Source: Azolla caroliniana (taxonomy: Eukaryota > Plantae > Polypodiophyta). Taken from it: 64,000 nt of DNA. The notes under the pieces were generated by a model that saw only the letters and a program-made list of their open reading frames with translations, did not search any database and had not been told where the DNA came from. The stretch lies in assembly GCA_043228905.1 (NCBI GenBank), contig JBHGNT010000017.1, positions 14,322,001 through 14,386,000 of the forward strand. The letters are read 5' to 3'. Of the stretch, positions 11,101 to 20,659 are shown in pieces. The position numbers were made by a program, and so were the translations under genes. Each line of letters begins with the position of its first letter. The stretch's first letter is position 1.

Positions 11101-13984
11101 ACCGATTGGACGACTGAGTCGGTACGACCAGTCCGATGAAGAGCCGGCGAGTAGTGGAGACTCGGTCATGCATTCCCCGCGTAGGAAGCCGAGGAGACGG
11201 CTTACGCGCGAAGAGGAAGGGAAGAAGAAGGTGTCGGATTCCGGCACGGATAGGAATGGGTCGGACCGACACGAGTCCGAGGGAAGCAGTGACGGACCTT
11301 CAGGAACGAAGTCCGCGTCCGCCGGGAAGACCTTGACATCAGCAAATGACCGATTGCGCCGATCTATCCGCCAAAAGAACCCAGTTGTGCGGTTCGGATA
11401 CAACGAGTACATGGCGCATCACTATGCGTACATGACCCGTGTAGCGGAAGTGCGTCAGCCGGAGAGCTACGCAGAAGCGGCTAAAGACGCAACTTGGCAT
11501 GCCGCGATGGAAGAAGAGATGCACACATTGGCAGAGAACGAGACTTGGGACTTGGTTGACGCATTGGCAGAGAACGAGAAGAAGGGTGTGAAACCGATCG
11601 GGTGTAGGTGGGTGTACAAGGTCAAGTACAACACCGATGGCTCGGTCAACTGGTACAAGGCTCGGCTAGTGGTAAAGGGCTACACGCAGAAACACGACAT
11701 CGACTATGATGAGACATTTGCGCCGGTCGCGAAAATGACGATCGTCCTCGCAGTAGCTGCAGTGAAGGGGTGGCACTTACATTAGATGTATGTAAAGAAT
11801 GCGTTCCTGCAAGGTGACCTTGAGGAACAGGTGTACATGGTACAGCCCCCCGGATTTCACTCTGGAACGAACTCCTCAGCGGTATGCCGATTGAAGAAGT
11901 CCCTTTACGGACTGAAGCAAGCCCCGCGTGCCTGGAACGCGAAGATCACGCAACAACTGTGTCGGATGGACTTCGTCACGTCAAAATTGGACTCTTCCTT
12001 GTTCATCCGGAAAGGTCGACTTGGACCGGTTAGTATTTTGCTATATGTTGATGACTTGGTCATCACCAGCGCCAACCTAGGAGAAATCGACCGCGTGAAG
12101 ATCCAGCTTGCGGCATCGTTCGACATGAAGGATCTGGGGGACCTTCATTACTTCCTCGGGATCGAAGTGATCCGTACCCCCGAAGGCATATTGATCAGCC
12201 AACGTCACTGTGTGCTGAGTATGCTCTTCAAATTCGGGATGGCCGACTGTAAGTCAATCGTGACTCCTCTGGACAGAACCGTCAAGCTTTGTCCCGACAC
12301 AGGAACGGTATGCGACCCGACGAGGTTCCGGCAACTTGTCGGAAGCCTCATATACTTGACCATCACCCGACCCGACCTCAGTTATCCGGTCGGAGTGATC
12401 AGTCAGTTCATGGCGCGACCTACCGAGGAACACCTTTAGTGTGCACAACGCATACTTCGGTATGTCAACGGCACTAAGGACCGGGGACTGCTATATCGGA
12501 CCGGTGCAGCCGCGCAGTTAGTCGGCTACACCGATGCTGATTGGGCTGGCAACGCCGCCGATTGCCGATCCAAGTCCGGATACGCGTTCTCCCTCGGGAG
12601 TGCCACGATCGCGTGGAGCAGTAAGAAGAAGCCAATAGTTGCACTGTCGAGCACCGAAGCTGAGTACCGAGGAGCGGCTGTGGCGACATGCGAAGCCATA
12701 TGGTTGAAGCGGCTACTTAAGGACCTGCAAGAGGAGGTGTCAGATCCGACGACGATCTACTGCGACAACCTCAACAGCATCCAGCTGGCGAAAAACCCCA
12801 TTTTCCATGCACGGACCAAGCACATTGAGGTGCACCACCATTTCGTCCGTGAGCGTGTCCTTTCCGGTGAAGTCGAACTTCAGTACGTGTCGACGGATCG
12901 GCAGACTGCCGACATCTTCACAAAGCCTCTTGGTCTGGACAAATTGCGACAATTCTCCGGTGCGCTCGAATTGCGTCACCTCGACGTGCCAAACTTGAGG
13001 GGGAGAACAGTCCCGAACGACCAAGCAAAGCAGCAGGAAAGGAGCGGAGGCCGCGACACCGAGTCGGTTGACTCGGCTGTTGACTCGGTTGTCGAGTTCG
13101 ATTTCGGATCGGCTGAAGAAGCCGAGGGCGGACCCGCGGAAAAGTCTGAAAGAGAACAGAAGGGGAGCAGCCAAAGGAGAGAGCTGAAGCCAACCACGCA
13201 TGGGGAAGATGATGCCACCAAGGGCGAGAAGACCGAAGACGAGTTGGAGATAGCCTACTCGAATGGGAGCGAAAACAGATCGGAGGTAGCCCAGTCGGTT
13301 CGGATGTTTGATTCAGATACGTTGAATCAACCGAGGCCCAAACGGAAGAAAAGGCAGCAGGAGAAGCGTCAAGACCGCAACAGCAGAAGAGCTGATACGG
13401 GCCGCATGAGCAGACAAGCCGACCGGAAGGGTCGAAGCGCGCGGAGTCGAACAGGTCGAGGAGCGTGAGTGAGGCGTGAAGCCAGGAGGAACTGGAGCCG
13501 TGAGCCCAAAGATCCCGAAGAGCCTCAAGTTGAGCTTGAGGGGGAGTGTTGAGAGACAAGCTCAACATCGGTTGGATCGGCTAAAGAAGCTGAGGACCGG
13601 ATCGGTTGGGACCGACCGGTTAGGCCGAATACGTAAACCGGTACACAGACCGGTGCGTAGGTAGGGCCGGATCGGTGCAGAAACCGAGAGGCCGTTAGGA
13701 AAGATATTCCGTGAGGAATATATTTGGGAGTTAGTGTAGGAGCTCTCAATGAGCATTGAAGTACTATCAGTACTTCGGTCAGTCCTTCTAGGACTTGTAT
13801 AAAAGTGTTCACTGAGCACGTCTTATGTACAGATTGAGCATTATTGTTGAACATAGTTTTTTTGTGTGTTTTCACTCTCTCTGTCTCTCCCGCGTATATT
13901 GTGTAAGCTCAAGCTCTCCATTAAACCTGAGTTTTCTTCCTTCTGTTCGGTCTTCATACTTGCTTCCGCATGCTACTTTTTACA
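8199..13984 (+). mobile_element. Full-length but inactivated Ty1/copia (LTRs 8199-8636 and 13547-13984; gag-PR-INT-RT-RH-tail)
   Basis: 438-bp LTR pair TG...CA with about 18 substitutions by eye. TSD TACAG at 8194-8198 and 13985-13989. PBS TGGTATCAGAGC 8637-8648; PPT 13538-13546. Motifs WYVDSGASNH, LRSDGG, LLYVDD, ARTKHIEV; several nonsense codons. Confidence 0.97.
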
Positions 13985-14316
13985 TACAGGTAGCATAGCG
14001 CCGAAGGTTTCTAATAATAGACCAACGAAGCATCATATATACAAACTTAGAATATGAAGTGATGGTCTATTTATACCTAAAGTAAAGAAATAAGGATAAA
14101 CCAAGGACTTGTGAAACTCAAACCCTAGACGTAAGGGTGTGTATACATGCATTGTAATTTGTTCGTTGACCCACATAGGTATGTAAAGGGTTTGCAATGT
14201 TTTTGTGAATCTATGTTCAAATCAAACTGATTTTTATATATATTTGATGACATTGTTTATCGACCCACCAATGACATTATATGCTTGTTGCAATCTGAAG
14301 CATATGCGAATTTAAG

Positions 14317-14402
14317 TCCGACTTGTCGGATTCGAACCAACGACCTAAGCATGTCTATACGTACAGTACAGTTCTCCGCTCTACCAATTGAGCTAAGGTC
14401 GG
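14317..14402 (-). tRNA. tRNA-Tyr(GUA) copy 5 with intron; best-preserved copy, probably still a pseudogene
   Basis: Reverse complement ccgaccttagctcaattggtagagcggagaactgtac[tgtacgtatagac]atgcttaggtcgttggttcgaatccgacaagtcgga. A and B boxes essentially intact; mismatches in anticodon and acceptor stems; C instead of purine at position 37. Confidence 0.6.
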
Positions 14403-14599
14403 ACTATGAATTTAGATTTAATGGACTATTTAAATTTGTAATTTTCTATTGTTTCCTTGTCTATGCATCTATGAATTTGTTGACTTTATATCACCGTTTT
14501 GTTTTTCTTAGAAGTGGTGATTTAGGGTTTACGGTTTCCGCACATGTATTTTCAAATGTACCTTTTTTATTTATATATCATTGACGACATTGTTCATTG

Positions 14600-16260
14600 T
14601 TTTTAAAGATAATGGCACCATGTTTTGAGCGCATGTATAACTGCAAATAATTCCTTTTCTTGAATGGTATACCGACATTGAGCAGAATCAAGTTTCTTAC
14701 TCTCGAATGCTATTGGTTGACCATCTTGATATAAGACATCACCTATAGCATAATCGCTTGCATCGGTTTCAACTTGAAAAGGTTTTGAAGGATCGGGTAA
14801 ACGAAGTGAAGGAGCCTTGCACACTAGGTCCTTGAGTTCCTTAAAGGCGAGGTCTAGTGTAGCATTCCACACAATAGGTTTTGTAGACTTACGCATTTGA
14901 CCTTTTAGAAGATCAGTAAACGGCATCGTCAATTGGGAGTAATTACGAAGAGATTTTCGCAAAACCCAACAAAACCAAGGAATGATTGAACTTCTCGAAG
15001 GTTCCAAAGAGTGGGCCAAAGCTTGATTTTCTCGATGCGAGAAGGATCAATTTCAACTCCTCGTTCGGTTATGAGATGTCCAAGATAAGTAATTGATTTC
15101 TTGAAGAACTCACATTTTGAGATCTTCGCGTAAAACTGTTTGTCACGCAATGTTTGTAAAACAAAGCGGACATGTTTAGCATGTTCTTATAATGTACGAC
15201 TATAAACTAAAATATCATCCAAGAAAATAACGAAAAAATTTCCAAGTTGTTCTTGGAAAATGTCATTCATTTCTTGTTGAAATGTAGCCGAAGCATTGGT
15301 TAAACCAAAAGGCATAACCAAAAACTCATAATGGCCATAGCGCGTACGAAATGCCGTTTGAGGAACATCGTCCTCACTTATATGTATTTGATGGTAGCCA
15401 GTACGGAGATCAAGTTTCGTAAAATACCCAGCTCCCTGGAGACGGTCAATTAGATCGTCAGACCGGGGCAATGGATACAAATTCTTGATCGTCACTTTAT
15501 TCAAGCGTCGATAATTAATACACATACGCCATGTGCCCTCTTTCTTTTTAACCAAGAGAACTGGTGCCCCCCATGGAGATTTGCTATAACGTATATAACC
15601 CATTCGTAAATAGTCCTTGAGTTGCTTAGCTACCTCATCCTCTTCAAATCGACTTAAGCGATAAGGAGGTACACTTATTGGTGCAACGCCAGGTACAATA
15701 TCTATACGATGGTCTGTATTACGTTTAGGAGGTAAACCATCTGGTAGTTCACTCGGAAAAACATCACGAAAATCATTTAAGATTTCATGAAGTTGTTGTT
15801 GTTCAAAATATGTTAATTGAACCGAGACATTATCGATATTGTAAACGTGAATGTCCGAATCAAGTACACAATAAAATAGAGTAGAACAAGACAACTCGGA
15901 TATTGATGGACACGAGGAAACAATCGAGAGGGATTGTTTTTTGACACATTGAATAAAATGAGTATAATCATTCAGTACAAAAGTTATTGAATGATGAACC
16001 CAATCAATAAATAAAGAAGAGTTTTTATTATAAAACTAGGGATAACCCAATATTACATCTATGGTACAAAGATTCATTACATGGAAGTCTATTTCCTCTA
16101 TTTAAGTATCAATAGAAATTTCTAATGAATGAATCACCCCGTTGATGTATTGTACCATCAGCCAAGTGCACCGTGTAGGTGTGATCACTTACGGTGGGTT
16201 GGATTCCCCATATCTAAACCAAACAATCATTGACAAAGTTGTGTGAGCTTCTTGAATCCC
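14600..16260 (-). mobile_element. Internal fragment of a chromovirus-like Ty3/gypsy pol (protease remnant, RT, RNase H), no LTRs
   Basis: ORF 15187..15894 ([45 protein letters not shown]), 14929..15150, and 14603..15019 (ETDASDYAIG, EKELFAVIHAL). Confidence 0.9.
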
Positions 16261-16289
16261 TTGCAATGCGAAGCATATGTAAGTTTATG

Positions 16290-16375
16290 TCCGACTTGTG
16301 TGACTCGAACCAACAACCTAAGGTTGTCTATACAAACACTACAGTCCTCCGCTCTACCAATTGAGCTAACGTCGG
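16290..16375 (-). pseudogene. tRNA-Tyr(GUA) copy 6 with intron, degenerate
   Basis: D-arm and CTGTAG intact; T-stem 3' strand cacac disrupted. Confidence 0.85.
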
Positions 16376-16500
16376 ATTATGAATTTGAATTTAATTGACT
16401 ACATACTATTATAATTTTCAACTATTTGCTTCTCTATGCACATATGAACTTGTTGAATTCATATCACCCTATTGTTTTTCCTTCAAATGGTGATTTATAA

Positions 16501-16925
16501 TATTACATGTGCATGAACACTATTATTAAAGGAAAACGCATAATAGATAAAGTGATTCATGCATATCTAGCATGCATGAAAACTTTAGAAAAAGCATGAT
16601 GCTTTCCTTGTGGGAAGATATACTCAACGTCTCCCATCATTATATAAAGGTGAGGAGCAAATTGTAATATGTTATTATATAAAGGTGGGTTGATTAATAT
16701 ATTATACTCGTGGGATTCACGAGTTTCTATCTACTTCTCTCTTTCAATCTAAAATCATGTTCTTATCTAAGTATTGATTAATACACTATACTTGTGGGAT
16801 TTAGAGTTTCCGTTATCTCTCTTACAATATATTCTTAAATAGATTAATCTCAAATTCTTCCTCCTAGTCCAAAACCCTAGCGGTTCCCACCTCATTCACG
16901 CAACGATCCGACGCCAAAAGGCACG
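16501..16925. other. Unassigned AT-rich insert within a repeat unit, possibly an LTR fragment
   Basis: Not part of the unit consensus; contains duplicated attatataaaggtg and gtgggatt...gagtttc modules. No TSD seen. Confidence 0.3.
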
Positions 16926-17039
16926 CACCGTGCATTTATTTTCAAATCAAACTTATTTATATATATTTGAGGACATTGTTCATCGACCCACAAAGCATAT
17001 TATATACAAGTTGCAATGTGAAGCATAAGGAAGTTTAAG

Positions 17040-17125
17040 TTCGACTTATCAGATTCAAACCAACGACCTAAGGATGTCTATATGTACACTATAGTCCTCT
17101 GCTCTACCAACTGAGCTAAGGTCAA
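17040..17125 (-). pseudogene. tRNA-Tyr copy 7 with intron, degenerate (anticodon ATA)
   Basis: D-arm intact; anticodon GTA>ATA; B-box tttgaat. Confidence 0.85.
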
Positions 17126-17450
17126 AGTATGAATTTAGATTTAATTGACAATTTAATATTATAATTTTCATCTACTTCCTTCTGTACATATGAATTTGAT
17201 GACTTTATCTCACCTTGTTGTTTTTCCTTGAATGGTGATTTATAATCTAGTGATAACATTTTCCATAGACCAAGAAGTGGTATTATATATAAAACATAAA
17301 AATAGAAGCACCATAGTGACAAAATTTTCTAATAATAGACCAACTAATCACAATATATACAAACTTAGAATACGAAGTGATGTTCTATTCATACCTAAAG
17401 TCATGAAATAAGGATAAGCCAAAGACTTGTGAAACTCAAACCCTCGACAT

Positions 17451-17725
17451 ACACATTGAATAAAATGAGTGCAATCGTTCAATACAAAATTAATTGAATG
17501 GTGAACACAATCAATAGATAAAGAAGAGTTTTTATTATAAAACTAGGGATAACCCAATATTACATGAGTGGTACAAAGATTCATTACTTGGAAGTGTACT
17601 TCCTCTATATAAGTACCAATAGAAATTCCTAATGAGTGAATTACCATGTTGATGTATTGTATTCTTCCATCAGCCAAGTGCACCTTATAGGTGGACGGAA
17701 TAGTTCTCGGCTGCAACTGAGTCTG
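17451..17725 (-). mobile_element. Second gypsy protease-region fragment, paralogous to ~15945-16180
   Basis: Shares acacattgaataaaatgagt...aaagaagagtttttattataaaactagggataacccaatattacat...ccatcagccaagtgcacc. ORF 17543..17731 (VHLADG..., HVILGYP). Confidence 0.75.
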
Positions 17726-17729
17726 AAGC

Positions 17730-20655
17730 ACTCGATGGAAGAAGTAGGCAATAATACAATAGATAGAATGCCCTTACGCATAAGATATGAGACGACACAA
17801 AATGTCAATGTGGAAAACCCTAATGGGGAAAAACCACCGGAGCCCACAAACTCCAACTATCAGTATGAGAGAGGAAGGGTACAATAGGAGACTCAGAGGC
17901 AACGACCTCGAGTTCTAGATATCTTCATCTACCAGCGGTTACAACAGAAACTAGTTTTGTATCTCTCTCTCTCTCTACAACAATTAGAATGACAACAACT
18001 ACGTACCTATTTGCCCTAAGTTATATTTATACTTATATAAATTACAGGCTATTTACAAATGTGACCTCAACAACCCATAAGAAACATATTTGCAAATCTA
18101 TTTCTCTTCACGGTTCATACAGGATCCGGCCAAACCCCTTTCGGGTCCATCCGATCCGGTTTCCGGATGTCCTTCTGGACGCTCTGATCCGGTTCGTTCT
18201 TCTCTGGCTTCTTTGATCCCCATCCAGAGGGACTGATATCTAAACAATCTCCCCTTCACTCCAGTATGGGGTGTTTGTTAGTCTGATCTATCTCCGGCAC
18301 GTGTCCAGCTTGTCAGCTAACAACGCCTTGGTCAACATATCCGACGTGTTCTCCTCTATACGAATCTTTGTCAGCAAAACCTCTTTATCTTCCACCTTTT
18401 CCCAGAGCCAGTGATATCTCCCCTGGAGGTCCTTGGTCTTGGAATGGTAGGCCACGTTCTTTGGGAGGTGGATGACACTTTGATTGTCGTAGTAGAGTCG
18501 GAATTTGTCTTGTTGAATCCCTAGTTCTCCGATGAAGTCCCTCATCCACATTACCTCTTTGCTGGCTTCTATAGCCGCCATGTATTCCGCTTCCGTTATC
18601 GACAATGCCACCAATTTTTGCAATCTTGATTGCCATGATACTGCTCCCCTTGCATATGTCATGACATATCTAGAGGTGGACCGGCTGGTGTCCGCATCAA
18701 CCGATATGTACAAATCGGTGAAGCCTTCCAATAGGGGTTTACCGGAGCTGAACCGGAGGCACATGCTTGACGTGCCTTTTAGGTACCAAATAATCCACTT
18801 GACAACAGCCAAATGTTCTCTTCCCAGATTGTTCATGAACCAGCTGACCACTTCGACTGCATTTCCAATATTCGGTCGTGTACACACCATTGCGTACATA
18901 AGGCTTTCGACTGCAGAGGCATACATTATCTTCATCATCTTCGATTTCTCAGTCTTGGACTTCGGGCTTTGTTTGCCGACAACTTGCAGTTTGCCGAAAG
19001 TGTCAACCCGACCGACATAGTATCCAACATGTTGAATCGTTGGAGTACCTTTGTCACATACTTCTCCTATGACAGCCACTGTTTGTTACTTCAATCGGTC
19101 CCGGATTATATGCATTCCTAGGATCTGCCTCACTAAACCCAGATCTTTCATTGAGAAGGTCCGGTTCAATGCCTTCTTCAACATCTTGATTTTGATTGGT
19201 TCAGTCCAACAATTAGCATGTCCTCCACATACAGCAGGAGTATCAGGAAGTCGCCTCCGTCAAATTTCTTCACGAACACGCAGAGGTCTGCGTACATCTT
19301 CAGTCTGGTACCATTGTCGGGGAGCTTGCTTCAGTCCGTATAAGCTCTTCTTCAACCGACACACCTAGTTCTTCTTCCCTTTCTTGACGAATCCTTCTAA
19401 CTGTTGCATGTAGATCTCTTTTTTGAGGTCGCCATGTAGAAACGTTTTCTGGATGTCTAGTTTCTCTACCTCGAGGTTCGTGCTTACTGCTATGCTCAAC
19501 ACAATCCGGATGGATGTCATCTTCACTACTGGGGCAAAGATCTCGTCGAAATCCACTCCTTTCTTTTGTTGAAACCTCTTCACCATGATTCGGGCTTTTT
19601 TATCTTGGTGGATTTCTGGCATCTCCCGGTTTTAACTTGTACACCCACTTTTTCCGGAGCGCTCTCTTTCCTTTCGGTAGCTCCGTCAATTCAAATGTGT
19701 GGTTCTCATGTGGGGATGCCATCTCATACTACATGACACTTAACCACTTGCAGCTGTGGGTTTCCTTCTTTGCTTCTTCGAAGCTTTCCAGCTCCCCCTC
19801 GTCGGCCAATAAGACATGCTCTACATCCGGAAATCTCCGGGGGAGGCTTCTCTCCCTTAGAAGGTATCTACGTCCTTGGTTTTCGACCACCGGTTCCTCC
19901 GGTTGTTCTTCATCCGAATCCAACATGGGGTGTTGTTCGGTTCTAGTGTCCTATTCTTCTTCTTTGGTCGAATTAGTTCTCTGTCTGAATCCCTGGCTAA
20001 TCATGGTCTTTGGTTGACATCCGACTTCCAACCGAATGTGTCCTAGCATCTTTGAACCGATTTCTGTCGGATAACTCAGAGTTCACTATCTTCTTCTCCG
20101 ACTCCCAATCGGCAATGGTCTTGTCTTCCATGAAGAGTGTCTCGACTCCTAAAAACCTTCCTATCGACCAAGTCCCACACTCAGTAGCCGAACTCATCAT
20201 CTCCGTATCCAAGGAATATGCATGGCCGAGACTTCAGATCCAATTTCGCTCTCTTGTCCTTTGCTACATGCACGTAGGACCTTTAGATGCCGGTAAGACA
20301 CGTCTTTACAAGTCCATACTCTCTATGGTGTGTCTCCGTCCAAGGGCGTTGAGGGTAATCTGTTTATCACGTACGTCGCCGTCATCCGCGCCTCAACCCA
20401 AAACTTCTTGGACAACTTCTCATGAGCAAGCATGCTCCAAACTCTCTCCATCACAATTTGGTTCATCCTTTTGGCCAGTCCGTCCAGCTCTTGTGTCTTC
20501 GGTAAGTGAATTCGAGCCAGATTCCCATCGACCGGCAGTACTCCTCGAACTGCCCCCGGTATTCTCCACCGTTGTCGGCCCAAACCGCCTTTAGCTTCTA
20601 GTCGGTTTCTCTTTCCACTCTTGTATGAGCTCCTTGAAGATGGTTAGTACCTGAT
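17730..20655 (-). mobile_element. Truncated Ty1/copia (Tork/Tnt1-like): integrase, RT, RNase H, PPT, partial 3' LTR (~17730-18246)
   Basis: ORFs 20323..20583, 19365..19622 (FAPVVKMTSIR) and 18288..19079 (YAMVCTRP, SWQSRLQKLVALSITEAEY). PPT reverse complement ctccccttcactcc next to the LTR start at 18246. Confidence 0.88.
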
Positions 20656-20659
20656 AGCG

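Larger units (their letters stand above)
5891..17450 (-). repeat. Tandem array of ~597/638-bp AT-rich units, each carrying an intron-containing tRNA-Tyr sequence; interrupted by insertions at 8199-13989, ~14600-16260 and ~16501-16925
   Basis: tRNA cores start at 6055, 6693, 7290, 7927, 14317, 16290 and 17040. Spacer blocks also recur (e.g. tttctaataatagaccaac, gtgaaactcaaaccct, gacattgttcatcgaccc). Confidence 0.93.

Noticed and set aside
14521-14531. TTTAGGGTTTA telomere-like motif
   Set aside because: Single unit, plausibly created by a deletion junction within the repeat.
17040-17125. tRNA with ATA anticodon as a novel isoacceptor
   Set aside because: The same copy has a broken B-box and stems; G>A fits the general deamination decay.
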